Below are positions 1-14,110 of a stretch of DNA of 64,000 nt, piece after piece. The stretch is taken from assembly GCF_006345805.1 (NCBI RefSeq), contig NC_042997.1, forward strand, positions 11,532,001 to 11,596,000. Reading direction: 5' to 3'. The notes under the pieces were generated by a model. It did no database searches, was not told the DNA's origin, and saw nothing but the letters and a program-made list of their open reading frames with translations. The position numbers were made by a program, and so were the translations under genes. The stretch comes from Octopus sinensis. Lineage: Eukaryota. Every line of letters starts with the position of its first letter. Position 1 is the first letter of the stretch.

Positions 1-123
1 ACAACAACAACTACTACTACTACTACTACTAACCACCACACTACTACTACAACCACCACTACTACCACCACCTCCACAACTACAACCGCCACTTCCACCA
101 GCACCGCCAACAGTAGCACGATG

Positions 124-207
<84 letters not shown>

Positions 208-280
208 AACCACCACTACTACCACCACCTCCACAACTACAACCGCCACTTCCACCAGCACCGCCAACAGTAGCACGATG

Positions 281-320
<40 letters not shown>
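1..320. repeat. (ACT)n/(ACC)n compound microsatellite with an internal ~157-bp-period duplication
   Basis: The block acaaccaccactactaccaccacctccacaactacaaccgccacttccaccagcaccgccaacagtagcacgatg occurs at 49 and 206, embedded in ACT runs. Confidence 0.9.
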
Positions 321-321
<1 letters not shown>

Positions 322-543
322 AGCTACTGCTGCTACAATTGTTGCTGCGGGTGTCGTTGTCAGTGTCAACGTTAGTTCTGGTTTTCGTTTCGGCTTTGGC
401 TTTCATTACTGAAAAGTTTTCTTTGCCAAAACCTGAAACCAAAAATAAAGTTTTGTTATAACCACATTTCTATTAACATCTTTTTTTTTTCGCAACACGT
501 CTCCCTCTTTCTCACTCTCTCTTTCTCTCTCCATACCACACAC

Positions 544-579
<36 letters not shown>

Positions 580-974
580 ACTTTTGTATTCTTACACTAT
601 CATCCATTATCCACCAAAACAAAAGGAAACAAAACGAAACTATAGAAATGAAACATAAGTAAAAACTAAAATGAAATAAAATAAAAACAAAAAAAAACAA
701 AAATATAATCACCTTCACATGAAAAGATGCACGCAAAACTTGAGGTCAAAATAAAGACATTTGGCACATCCTCGATGTGCGTGAAACTGAGACAATGTGA
801 GGAGATATTCATAGCATTTCCTTGAAGTAGCTTGGTGAGAGAAGCAAGCCATCCATACTGCCAGTCATTTTCGGAAGCACAATAAGCTTGCTGAAGGCTT
901 TGGAGAGGAAGGACAGAGTTACGTTGTATACATATCTGCAACAAATAGTCTTATATTTATGTAGGCATTTCTGT

Positions 975-1039
975 CTGTCTGTCTGTCAGTCAGTCTGTCT
1001 GTCTGTCTGTCTGTCCGCCTGTCTGTCTGTCTGTCTGCC

Positions 1040-1072
<33 letters not shown>

Positions 1073-1675
1073 GCCTGTCTGCCTATCTACCTACCTATCT
1101 CTTTTCTTCATATATGCAAGCACGCGCACACACGCACATACATTCATACGTACACGCACGTGTGTGTATGTATATATAGATATATACACACAGACTTACA
1201 TATATATATATATATATATATATGCATACGCATATATATATATACACATATGATAAAACTCACATACATACCCACATACATACATGCACACACATATCTA
1301 TCTATCTATCTATGAAATGTGAAGTAAACCGTATTTTGTAAATGTGAGTATGTGAGTCTGTGTTAAATTGTTTATGCGTGTATCAGAGAGAAGGGAGAAA
1401 GGGAGGGAAAAAGAGAGAAGGTGTGTGTGATGAAAAGCAGAGAAAGAAAGGGAGTGAGAGTGAGAGATAAAGAGAGAAAGAGAGAGAGCGAGAGAGAGAA
1501 AGAGAGCTTATGGCTTGAAATGTAAGAATAAGTTGATTTGAGCACTGACAAAACTGAGGGCATCTATTTTGTGTATGAAATATATACATACATACATACA
1601 TACATACAAACAAGTATATATACATGCATATACATATATATATATATGTATATTATGTATATATATATATGCATG

Positions 1676-1712
<37 letters not shown>

Positions 1713-1789
1713 ACATATATATATATGTATACATACATATATATATATATTATATATATATATATATGTATATATATACGTATATATAT

Positions 1790-1855
<66 letters not shown>

Positions 1856-2042
1856 GTGTGTGTGTGCGCGCGTGTGTGTATGTATGCACATACATACATT
1901 AGAAGAGACAAGCAGAGAGAAATAGACACAGACAGAGAGAAGAGACAAAAGAGGGAAGAAGGCAAGGAGAGAGAGAGAGAGAGGGAGAGCAGGAAAGAAA
2001 GAAAGAGAGAAAGAAAAAGAGAGATAGTGGGAGAGATAAATT

Positions 2043-2081
<39 letters not shown>

Positions 2082-2085
2082 GAGT
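975..2085. repeat. Microsatellite field: (CTGT)n, (TA)n/(CATA)n, (GA)n
   Basis: Direct reading. The overlapping YI/CV/LS-repeat ORFs are artefacts of these repeats. Confidence 0.95.
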
Positions 2086-2475
2086 GTACATACGGAATAT
2101 GCACGTATATCAAGTCGTTCGTGTGTTAGGAGTGTATTTACGTATTTATTCGCTCGAACATTTATCACGATTTATAAGTGATATTGTCGCACTTATTTGA
2201 GAATAACTTCGACGTAAGGCGTTATCACACACATACACGGGGCGCACACATAAATATATGTATACAGACACGTATACACACACACACACACATACACACA
2301 CACACATATATATATAATATTCATAAATGAGGGTGAAAAATTAGATATTAATTTAATAATACCATCAGTTTAACACCACTTAACGTTAACTCTCTTATAT
2401 TTACGTATATATATATATATATATTATATATATATATATAGGCATATGTAAGTATATGTATATATGTATTCTATG

Positions 2476-2555
<80 letters not shown>

Positions 2556-2901
2556 TCAACCACAGTTGTGGTTGAATATATTCCTAAGTCCGCCATTTCG
2601 TCAATCGCAGCAGCTTCCAAGCTTCACTACTAATTCGTTTCTCAACTTAATTGCAAACTGTTAACAGTTTTAAAGAGAACACCGCCTCAGCTACACTTTG
2701 GCATAATTAATTTGAGATTTTGTTGTGTCTGGGTAGAGTCCATTTTCTTTTTGTGCTTTATAATTTAACACACTCACTGGTAAAATTTCCACTTGTTTCT
2801 TATTTTTGAGATTTGGTTCAGTAGAAAAAAACGTTACATCAAACTGGTCCAAGCCATGCCAGTATGAACAACGGAAGGTAAATGATGATGATGATATAAC
2901 C

Positions 2902-3061
<160 letters not shown>

Positions 3062-3259
3062 ATGGACGTGCTGTCACTTCGACTCCGAAGGTAATCGTTT
3101 ATTTTGACTATTTATAGCCCAATTTTTGTGTACATTCTTGTAAATAAGTTGTGTAAAGCACCCAACTTTCGTTTGAGTGCTTTTCCAAGGGAGGAATTCG
3201 CCCCTAGGGGCAGTTTCAACCCCATTTCATTTCTGTAATTTTCTTCTCGACATTAGAAA

Positions 3260-5009
3260 ATGTCAAGAAATTTTATTGTAGAACGCATGTCGCGTTCTTT
3301 TATTGACCAGCATTTTCCTAGTTTGGAAGCACTAGGAGAAAAAAAGAACGTACGCGCGCCAAGTGCAAATATGAATATCGGTGAAATGAACGCTGCAACC
3401 ACGTTCGGTAACAGCCCTGTCACCACCGCCACCACCACCACTAACAACAGCAACCACGAGACTACTATTGCTACCACCACCACCTCCACCACCACCACCA
3501 CCACTACTACCACGACCAACATAAATGATAAAAATAAAACTCGCACGAAAACTATTGACAAAAAAAACAGCAACAACAAGAACAACAATAAAAATGAACT
3601 ATCTAATAGTGAAGATGTTAATACAAAAAAAATCAACAACAGTAAATTTCGCTGACACTCTTCGCCAGAAGAAGAAATTGTGACATTTACAAATGAAGAG
3701 CTCATAGAAACAAGAGCTCTCTTTACAACCCGTGGACAGATTTAGTGCTGCATACACCTCACACATAAAGCAAGAAATAGAAAATAAGACGATTGTATAT
3801 AAAATTATTAGAAAAAAAACAAAAAAACTAAATGAAGATTACAAAAACTGATGTAGAAAAATGTTTAAAAACATAATGAAAGAAAAAGAATATATAACTG
3901 GGGTCCCCAGTTTAACACAGTAGTGGTCCGCTTCCGTAACCAGGAAGTGGCAAAAGCTCACTCTACTGAGTCTATGGGAAATGATGAAATCATCATGGTC
4001 CCATACTATAAAAACCAGAGAGTGAGTCGAATCACTATTAAAAATGTACCTCCCGAGCTTCCTAACAAATGGATAACAGGGGCAATCTGTTACCATTTAA
4101 AAAATATAAACATTTTGGAGACCGCCGTGTACCCTGGCGACATTTGGGGTGGGAAGACAATAGTGGTGACGATACAGATTGAGGGGGCCTCTATCGAGAG
4201 CCTACCGGATAAGATCCACTTGGAAAATGGGCAATGCTTATATGTTGTGGCAGAAGGCAAAAAGCCTAGATGCTGCAAATGTGGCAGCCCCGAACATTTA
4301 ATTGCCAAGTGCGATCTGGTACAGAAAAAACAAGAAAGAACAAATCAGAAAACAAATAAAATCCCTTTGTTGCCAACACCAACACCAACACCAACACACT
4401 CAATTATAGAACAATGCCAAGAAAAACAACAAACCAACGAACAAACCCCAACAACATCACCAAGAAAAGAAACAGTACCAACACAATCACCGTTGACTTC
4501 ACAACCAATTAAACATGTTGAATCAACAAAAAAATAGGCCAACACCCACACCCAGGACGACAATTAAAAAGACAGAAAACAGTGACGAGAAGACAAATGC
4601 TACCCCTAACACCACAACAACACAAACACCGCACAAAACATCAACAATTTATACAAGCATATATAGTAATGCAAATGCTTTGCCTCTACCCCATACTGAT
4701 ACGTCGGACGACGAAAGTTCGACGGAATGGCAAATAGCCACAGGGGGTAAAAGAAAAAGATCCAAAATATCCACCAAACAAGGAAGTAAAGCAGGGAGAT
4801 ATCTAACTCAGGACAACATCCCCCTAGACAATCAAAAAAGTAATGAACCCGTAAAACCACACACACAACTAACTGTAATAGACACAGACAATAAAGAATT
4901 AATGGACTACATCAAATCTAACATGGTCATCTGTAAAGATGACTTTAAGACAAACAATCATCCGCACACCACACCACCGAAACACATCAGAATTTTACAC
5001 ATAACATAA
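3260..5009 (+). pseudogene. Tx1 ORF1 (gag-like, RRM-like region + zinc knuckle), broken by stops and frameshifts
   Basis: ORF pieces 3260-3655, 3923-4537, 4515-5009. Contains RITIKNVPPEL and CCKCGSPEHLIAKC (C-x2-C-x4-H-x4-C). Thr/Asn low-complexity N-terminus. Confidence 0.85.
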
Positions 5010-5196
5010 GCAAAACAATATTTCCGAATGCGGTAGGCGGGTATCAACGATACCTGTCGAAAAAACTATACAAACACCTCATCAAAAACAATACAAAAGA
5101 AGAAGAAGAAAAAAATGAAACTTTTAAAATGAGTAAGTGACCTCCGTTCTTGCCTCTTGTCTCTTCTAATATAGTGTGTAAACACAATTTTCGTAA

Positions 5197-8100
5197 ATGT
5201 CAAGTATGCTTAAATTAGGTTGTGTGAATGCGCGTGGCTTGGCGTCGGCTTGGAAGCAAGGTTACCTTCTAAACGACATCAAGTCACTGGACGTGGATAT
5301 AGTAGCTATCAGTGAAACCAGACTCAGTAAGCCGCGGGCCCTCGAGTCCATGTTTGGCAATCAATTTGACATTTATTTTTCTCCCTGTCTGCCGAACATG
5401 GGTGGTGGAGGTACTGCGGTGCTTTTTCGAAAGAGTCTAAAGGTAAAAGTAAGAGCAATATTCCTAGACCCGGAGGGTAGGCTGGTTGTCTTGGACGTGG
5501 ATGGCAGAAATGGGTGTGCATTCCGTCTGATGGCAGTTTATGCACCGTCCTTAACGGGTCGGGCGGATTTCTTCAGACGTCTAGAGGTTTTCCTGGGTAC
5601 GTCTAGACCTTTACTGTTAGTAGGGGATTGGAACGCTACCTTGGACACGCATCTAGATTATGTGGGAAGGGATAGGAATAGAAAGGGGTGTAAGAGCCTC
5701 AAAGACCTGCTCAGACGTTTCCATTTGTCTGACAGGTTCCGACTCGACCATCCGAACGTGCCAACGTGGACTTGGACAAACCGCGTCGGATCGTCGAGAT
5801 CTTATCTAGATAGAATTCTATGCAGGACAGCGGATAGGGATAGTGTAGGATGTCCACAATTTAAAATAGTCAGCTACACAGATCACAAATTTGTTACGTG
5901 TACGCTCGACTTGGATAAAACACATAGGCAGGGTCCCGGTTACTGGAAACTGAACACGTCGCTGTTAGCGCGACAGGTTTACAGGAACCGGATTAGCGAG
6001 TTAATTAAGAGGGCGCTGACGGGAGCCGTCGTTAACAACCGCTGGTGGTACGCCCTGAAAATGGCAATAAAATCGGAATCAATTAGGTTTAGCAAGGAAT
6101 TAGCGATAGAACGAAATAGAGTAGAGGGAGACTTAGTTAAGAAACTAGAAGAGGCACTTACCACTGGCCAGCGCAACCAACGTGCTGGCTGCGAGGATGG
6201 CCCTCGACCAACACCTCAACGCCAAGCACGAAGGTTGCGTCGTCAGAGCTAAAATGCGTGCCTTAAGGAACGAAGGGATTGAAGCTGCGCGAGAGGCCCG
6301 GGTAGCGGAGGCGCAGCGTGGCAACAGAGCCACCATTCGGTCTCTAATAGATCAACAGGGATGCAGTTTACTCGAACCCGAAAGGATGTGTGAGGCCTTT
6401 CAACAGCACTTTGCTCGACTGTTTGGTGCGAGTGGTGGGTTGGAACGCGGGATGGATTTCAGTGCCTACCTGACCGACCTGCCGCGGCTCTCGGCAAGAG
6501 AAGCGGAGTGTTGTGAAAGTTTCATCACAGCCGCTGACGTGTGGGATGCGATGGCGGGCTGCGCGAGGGATAAGTCGCCTGGATTGGATGGTTTACCCTA
6601 CGAGCTGTATTGTCGAATGCCAGACTTGTTTGGCGACCTCTTGACATCAGTCTACTGCAACTGGCAACAAAACGGGAGAATCCCCGGTTTCGTGAGTCGA
6701 GGTGCAGTGACGTTGCTGAAGAAAGACCCAAACAAGGGGAATTTTATAGATAATTTCAGGCCCATCACTCTGCTCAAAGCAGATTTGAAAATTTTGGCCA
6801 AAGTAATAGCCGAGAGGTTGGCGCTTGTCATTGGTAAACTGGTCGACAGGGCGTAAACATGCGCCGTGCCGGGCAGAACCATACATGACAACCTCCATCT
6901 GATGCGCTACATTGTGGACAGGGTAGTTAAGGATCCTGGCATGGGTGGGGCGCTGATAAATTTGGATCAGTCTAAAGCCTTCGATAGGGTCGACCATCGG
7001 TACTTGGCGGCCGTCCTCAGGGCGGCTGGCTTCGGTCCCGTCTTCCGCGGTTGGATCGCTGCCTTATATAGCGGCATCCGATCGGTGATTCGGGTGAACG
7101 GTCACCTGTCGAAACCGTTTGACATCACGCGTTCTGTCCGTCAGGGGTGTCCCCTGTCGGTGCTTCTGTATGTATTGACTCTCGAGCCGCTACTGCGGAA
7201 GCTGGCGACACTGAGGGGAATCTCACGGGAACTGGGTTGCGGGACGAGCGTGTCGGCATATGCGGACGATGTCACCGTCATAGTGTCGAGCGACAAACAC
7301 ATCAAGATGATAGGCGAGACACTAAGAAAATATGAAACGGTGACGGGAGCAAAGATTAACCCGGAAAAGTCAGTGGGTTTGCTACTCGGCACCTGGAGAA
7401 GCAAGCCCATGCCGTCCGACTGCGGCTCAGTAGTGGGACGCTGGACGGACGGACCGGTTAAATTGCTCGGGGTCTGGTTCAGTCCGGACCTCCAAATGGA
7501 TAAGAACTGAGACGAGATCACGAGTAGAGTGGTCGCTCTCAGCCAAACATGGGCCGAGAGAAAGCTGTCTCTAAAAGGCCGGGCGGAGGTGGCGAACGCG
7601 TACATCGCATCCGTCATCGATTACCGCCTGACCGTCGTACCTTGTCCCGACCCCACCATCACCAAACTGGAACGCATACTCTTCCGCTTCCTGTGGAAGG
7701 GTGGCGCTCCGATGGTGAGGAAGTCCATTTGCTGTCAACATCCGTTGAATGGAGGACTGGGCATGCCGTGGTTGATGATGCGCAGGCATGCGCTGAGACT
7801 GCGACATCTCTGGAAATTCATCGACGACGGTGAACAGGTGTGGACGCCGTTTGTGAGGAGCGACTTCCCGCAGCTCGTCTCACTGACCGAACTGCAAACG
7901 TGGATCAAAAAGAGACCGAAACTGGGCGATTGGCACCGAGAGTGTCGCCAAGCTCTACAGCAGCTCTGCCGACCGGGGTCAAACTTGTGCAACTTACAAA
8001 CGACTAAAGCGTTCTATAGAGGACTAGTGGAGGGGAGGTCCGACGACACACTCGGGACAAACCTGGGCGTCGACGAAGAATTCCTAACCCGCCTGTTCAG

Positions 8101-8647
8101 GACGACGTTCGGGCCGGGGCCTATGGATAACTTCCAGAAATCCCTGGCTTGGCAGTGCTATCGAGACGCACTATCTGTTCGAGAGAAGAGCTACAGACAC
8201 GGTTCGAAAACCATCACCGGACCGACCTGCCTGAGATGCGGTCAGAGCGACGAAACCGTTCTGCACGCACTCGTGCAGTGTCCAGATATTTCAGAGCTGT
8301 GGTCCTTCGTCGAACAGCTGTTGTCACGTGTAGGTCAGGCTCGCCTATCGGCCGAGTCTATCGTGAATATTGTTCCACCACCTTCCTTTAAACGGGAAGG
8401 GAAAACGGTTTTCGTTACGCTGATGGCTATGGCGAAAGAATGTGTGTGGTGGACGCGTTTGAAAGGACTGCAAACAAACACCTTCCTCTCTGGTCAGTCT
8501 CTCGTCAACTTTTTCAAGTACCACTTGAAAAGGAGGATGAGAATAGTGAGGAAGGCTTTGTCGAACGAATGTTTTAATAAAAAGTGGGTAAAAGTGGCAA
8601 AAATGGTCAGTATGAAAGACGACACTATTTTAAGCATAAATCTGTAA
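5197..8647 (+). pseudogene. Tx1 ORF2: AP endonuclease - reverse transcriptase - zinc-binding domain; 1 frameshift (~6170) and 2 nonsense codons
   Basis: APE motifs NARGL, ISETRL, YAP, GDWNA, SYLDRI, TDHK. RT motifs PGLDGL, FRPITLL, KAFDRVDH, RQGCPLS, YADDVT. C-terminal CLRCGQSDETVLHALVQC. In-frame stops TAA 6854-6856 and TGA 7508-7510; segments 6182, 6866 and 7529 share one frame. Confidence 0.95.
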
Positions 8648-9024
8648 CCAAAAGAGACAACGAGAAGTAAGGCGACTTACTCATGTGTTCTTTTTCGAAT
8701 TGTCTGAGGTGACCTTGGTCTTTTTTGTAGGTTTTTCTTTCCAAGGCTACACCTAAACTGTGAACCTTATATATATATATATATATTGCTTTTTTATACA
8801 CCACAGAACTCACAGATCCCTATTGATCAAACGTTTTTTTTTTGTGCCCCACCCATCCCACCTCGAAAAGAAAAAATTCTACATTGTATTTCGTCCATTT
8901 TTATTCTGTGTTTAGCCCTGTGTGGCTACAATAAAAAGTTATCTATCTATCTATATAAACATATATAGACACACACACACTTGCAGACATATTTTGCCTC
9001 ATACAGAAGATGTATTATAAGCAC

Positions 9025-9300
9025 GAACCCTATATTCACTAGAAGGGAAATATTCCAAGAATGCTTCGTCTGTCTGTCTGTCTCTGCCTGTCTGTCTGTC
9101 TGTCTCTCGCCAGTCCTTTTCTGCTTAATGCTAACCAGCATGTTGAACCTGACTGAACTACAAATGCTGCGGGAGACAATAAACAATTTTTGCATATGAA
9201 CGACCTCGAGTTGTACGCTGAAAATGCGAAGCAAGTAGAAACTCTACTGCAGACTGTACAAGGATTTTCTAGATGACTTAATATGTGACTCGAATGAGGA
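9025..9300 (+). mobile_element. Decayed RT fragment of an R4/Dong-like (RLE-type) non-LTR element, interrupted by (CTGT)n
   Basis: Translates as TNPIFTRREIFQ..[microsatellite]..LSPVLFCL...TINNF/LHMNDLELYAENAKQVETLLQTVQGF, matching the GIFQGDSLSPLLFC / HLLYMDDLKLYA pattern. Confidence 0.7.
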
Positions 9301-9467
9301 AGTGGCAACAAGTGAAACTTGGTGAAAGGAAAATTAATTGAAATTATTAATGTATCTGTCTGTTCTTTGCATCATCAGAACTGTTTAGGTGTTGAATATC
9401 CTACTTCACTCCGGTGAAAATAAGAAATCAGATCTTAAATAAACGAAATCCTCGAATCCATCACTGT

Positions 9468-9499
<32 letters not shown>

Positions 9500-9679
9500 A
9501 GTATTATATGTATGCATGTATGTATGAATGTATTTATGTATGTATGTACCCACACGTGTCTACGCGCAAAGGTACACCGTGATCTATACACACGCAGGCG
9601 AGTGTATAGACACACTGACAAAAACGAGCGATTACAATACCCTGCTTTCACTTACGCGCGCAGGGTAATAATAAATAAC

Positions 9680-10240
9680 AATACACACAAGAAAAAAAAA
9701 TCAGCAGTTAGCAAGCAACAGCTCAACATACGAATATCAATAACACATAAAAAGATTATAATCATCACAACAACGCTTAGCACACCAACAATAACACATA
9801 ATAAACAACAGTAACACAATATATAACAATAACTACAACACAAGAAACAACATACTAAATTGATAAGTAAAAACAACACTGAACTAGCAATAACAGAACT
9901 CAACAAGCATGTAAATAACAATAATACAAAACACTATAAACAATAATTCTAATAACAAAAATCATCGACAAACAACAAACATTAAGTAAATAATGAACAA
10001 TGAACACAACAATAACAGCATACAACAACAATAACAAATGCACTACAAAGAATAACAGCAACATATTCGAGCGACAAGCAGTAATGACAATAATAACGCA
10101 AAATATAATAATCGTAGGACAACACAAATACAAACAAAAATAAGACAATAATAGCAACAGCACAACAAAACAATATTAAAAATAATAATAATACTAAAAA
10201 GAAAAAATAGACGAAATACTGCCCAATACATATGATTATT
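9680..10240. repeat. Degenerate A/C-rich (AAC/AAT) low-complexity tract
   Basis: Strong A+C strand bias with no discrete unit. Confidence 0.8.
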
Positions 10241-10495
10241 TACTTTCTTATAAAGGAAACTGTAATAAAGTATGAAAGATGCTTGGGGCAATAATATGTA
10301 GGGCTAATGAAACTACAGAAGCAAATATGAGAAGAAAGCAACTTGATCGATAAAAATACGATTATATATATATATATATATATATATTTACATATATATG
10401 TACTTATATATATATATGTATGCATGTATTTATGTATATATAAGTATATATCTGTACATATTTTATATATATGTATATATATATATATACATACA

Positions 10496-10535
<40 letters not shown>

Positions 10536-11142
10536 TTAATATAATATATATACATGTACGCTCACATGTATATATTCTTTTTAATAATGAATTTTACAAG
10601 ACTCTTTAGAATTTGTCAGAAGAATTCTGAAATGAAACAGACTGGATTAATGTTGTATGAATCATTATATTATTGAATATATGTAGAAATATATCTGCCC
10701 TTCTTTCATGTATTGAGTGCTTTACTTTAAATTATAGTTGTCTGAGAAGTTTCTTTTAAAGGGGAGCATACAAAAATATGCTCTAGTTATAGCTGTATCC
10801 CGATCAATAATTCATGCTAACCCTTTGCTTCTCCAAAGCATTTTCTTAAGTTTGTTCTAAACACCCATCTTTGTTTTTAGACTTTAAGTTAGCCTTTGTT
10901 TCAGACGTTCTGAGTAATGTAAAGCTCTCCTTCCATAAATCCCAAGTTACTCTAGCGGCAGAAAAAAATTATTAGGAATATCTACCATATATGATGCATG
11001 GTCGCTAGGGAAATATGCCTCTTGCATCACATGTGATACGCAGGACAAGTAATGCGTTCATATGCATTTAAGAGTTACCGAGTAATGACTGAATCCATAC
11101 CAATAAATATTAAAATAAGTATCGTATCAAAGGAAGCAGTAC

Positions 11143-11351
11143 TACTCTCTTTACTCGTTTACTTGTTTTAGTCCTGTGACTGTGGCCATGCTGGAGCACC
11201 GCCTTTAGTCGAGCAAATCGACCCCAGGACTTATTCCTTGTAAGCCTAGTACTTATTCTATCGGTCTCTCTTGCCTAACTGCTAAGTTACGTGGAGGTAA
11301 ACAAACTAGCATCGGTTGTCAAGCGATGTTGGAGGGACAAACAAAGACACA

Positions 11352-11389
<38 letters not shown>

Positions 11390-11590
11390 TATATACGGCG
11401 GGCTTCTTTCAGTTTCCGTCTACCAAATCCACTCACAAGGCTTTGGTCGGCCCGAGGCTATAGTAGAAGACACTTGCCGAAGGTGCCACGCAGTGGGTTG
11501 AACCCGGAACCATGTGGTTTGTAAGCAAGCCAATTACCACACACTCACTCCTACGCCTAGCTACTTACCCACGCAGCCACTCCTACGCCT
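11143..11590 (-). mobile_element. tRNA-derived SINE family A (internal CA/TA microsatellite), with duplicated 5' end
   Basis: On the minus strand: ggagtggctgcgtgg head with B-box-like gttcaaccc, conserved body, and (AAGAGT)-type tail. The head fragment is repeated at 11527-11558 and 11559-11590. Confidence 0.88.
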
Positions 11591-12467
11591 ACGAATACTT
11601 ATTACATAATCTAGCTTGAATATTTAAGTCCTCTTCAGTGCAACGTTAAGTACTTTAACAGCTATTTACTACACCAGAAATTACAAGTTCTAGCCACAAG
11701 TATATACTTTTGGTTAATTTCGTTCCGTTAGTTGATACAAAAAACGTCACTTTCGTCATTTCCTCGGAATTTACGTTCGCCCAAACCGTTATAAATAGCG
11801 TATCCAACAATGTTGCTTGAATTCGACATGGTCAAGCTATTATCACACCTGTTTCATATGTTTAAAATTTTTACCTGAAGATGGTGGATTGTATGTTATG
11901 ATGTAATCTATGAATATATCAATAAATTCTACAGAAAAGCTGTAGTAAATTTTAAATTCTATTTGTATCCTTTGTATCTACGCCGTAAATAGAATCAGCC
12001 TTGAGTCGGATCTACGATTTACATTGGATTTGGCTCTTACATATCTACAGTATCCTACCAACACCTGATACCTTCGTGCTTGCTTTACCTCACTGTGAAG
12101 CCCATGTTATTATACCTAGCCATTTCTGGCGTCCTATGTTTTAATATGTATAATTGTTTTCACCTCTTTGGAAACGCTAGATGATTTAATTACAAATTTG
12201 TTTAAATATCTCCCAGTATAGATTGTACTATTTTCATTAGGCTAAAATGTTTAATTTCTTACTAGCATACAAATGATATTCCATAATTCGGAATAAGATG
12301 TCAATTAATTTAAAATAGTTTTCGGCCCAAGTATGGTTGCCTGTACTTACACTCACACACACACAGACACACACACACACATACACACACACATACACAC
12401 ACACACACACATATGTGTGTGTGGTGTGTGTGTGTGTGTGTGACTGTATATGCATTCAATATGGAAT

Positions 12468-12848
12468 GGAAGCACTCCGTCGGTTACGACGACGAGGGTT
12501 CCGTTTGATCTGAATAAACGGAACAGCCTGCTCGTGAAATTAACGTGTAAGTGGCTGAGCACTCCACAGACACATGCACCCTTAACGTAGTTCTCGGGGA
12601 TATTCAGCGTGACACAGAGAGTGACAAGGCCGGCCCTTTGAAATACAGGTACAACAGAAACAGGAAGTAAGAGTGAGAGAAAGTTGTGGTGAAAGAGTAC
12701 AGCAGGGATCACCACCATCCCCTGCTAGAGCCTCGTGGAGCTTTAGGTGTTTTCGCTCAATAAACACTCACAACGCCTGGTCTGGGAATCGAAACCGCGA
12801 TCTTATGACCGCGAGTCCGCTGCCCTAACCACTGGGCCATTGCGCCTC
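12468..12848 (-). mobile_element. tRNA-derived SINE family B, head 1 + tail A
   Basis: A box tggcccagtgg, B box gtttcgattcc, tail ending gacggagtgcttcc. Near-identical to 48398-48772 and 58095-58482. Confidence 0.9.
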
Positions 12849-13789
12849 ATATATGCGTGTAAATATGTATATATGAGTGATACCTTCAAGAACATCTTTC
12901 TTGAGTGGAAGCATTGCTCGTGTTAGTGAAAGGTTAATTTCAAGTAAAAACATTTCTCTTGACCTTTCCTTGCTTTAGTGTTAGCCCAGACAGCGATTCT
13001 TAAATTGAAGCGACGAAAGCTTATTGTATGATAATGTTTATATAATAGTTGTTTCTATAGCGACTAAGATGAGGTGGTCTTATGTATTGATAGGTACACA
13101 GCAGCAAATTTCCCAAGGTTACAGTTTATCGGAAAGAGTTCTAAGAAGTACAGATCGATTGAAGAGCTAAGAGTGGAAACGTCTCGAAGTTAAAGTCAGT
13201 GGCTGCAAGCTAATAATGAAAGAAACTAATAGAGTGGGCGACTGAAGCTAGTATTTATTTATTTATTTATTGGTTAAAAATATTTAGACTTCTGAATTTG
13301 AAAGTTTCGTGATGTTTTATTGAATTGTAGACAATCAAAACTGTCATATGTTGAATGAAAGCAAAGGGAAATAAAAACGATGAAGTACTTTCTTTGAGGG
13401 CATCGGAAATTCTAATTAAAAAGCTTTTGCCTTTGGACATATTCTCACCATGGCGAACGTTTTGACGTCACAAAGGCCAAAACACAAAGCAATGGTGCCA
13501 CTGAATTGTGTCGAAAATCATAGAAGCAAAGCATTGTTTAAAATCATCGAAAGCAGAGACGAACTGTTGTGTAAAATTGCTTACGGTTCGCATCTTATCT
13601 ACTCAAGAGCAAAACAAGCAGAGTATCATAAAAGCGAATGACACATGTATGTGTCTTGCAGTATTTGCCCTTGTTTTTTTTTTTTTGAGGTCTTAGGTGA
13701 TAAGCTTAATCTGTTGCTCGGTTTAACTCCATCACATAGTCCTTTCTTTAACATCAACTGGCTAAACACCGTCGTATGTCCGCATACAC

Positions 13790-14110
13790 ACGGTACTTAA
13801 TTCATCGACACTGAAAGAATGAAAGGCAAATTCGACCTCGGCGGAATTTTAATTCAGAACATAAAGACAGACGAAATACCTATTTCTTTACTACTCATAA
13901 GGGGCTAAACACAGAGAGGAAAAACAAGGACAGACAATCGGATTAAGTCGATTATATCGGTCCCAGTGCGTAACAGGTACTTATTTAATCGACCTCGAAA
14001 GGATGAAAGGCAAAGTCGGCCTCGGCGGAATTTGAACTCAGAACGTAAAGACAGACGAAATACCGCTAAGCATTTCGCCCAGCGTGCTAACGTTTCTACC
14101 AGCTCGCCGC
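13790..14110 (-). mobile_element. SINE family C composite: head + body + Tx1-like tail + second body
   Basis: Minus strand reads gcggcgagctggtagaaacgttagc...gtgtttagccccttatgagtagtaaagaaataggtatttcgtctg, then a second body. Confidence 0.85.

Larger units (their letters stand above)
3062..8939 (+). mobile_element. Near full-length Tx1-clade (L1 group) non-LTR retrotransposon, ~5.9 kb
   Basis: 5' UTR, ORF1 with CCHC knuckle, ORF2 with APE + RT + C-terminal Cys/His motif, 3' UTR ending ccctgtgtggctacaataaaaag, and (ATCT)n on both sides. Confidence 0.92.

Noticed and set aside
888-2664. Many YI/CV/HT/LS-repeat ORFs here and at 10240-10609, 25678-27879, 53406-54428 and 60285-62100
   Set aside because: They are translations of (TA)n, (CA)n, (GA)n and (ATCT)n microsatellites.
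11780-11870. TATAAATA followed by gacATGG as a promoter and start codon
   Set aside because: The ORF closes after 16 codons, and such motifs are expected by chance in AT-rich DNA.
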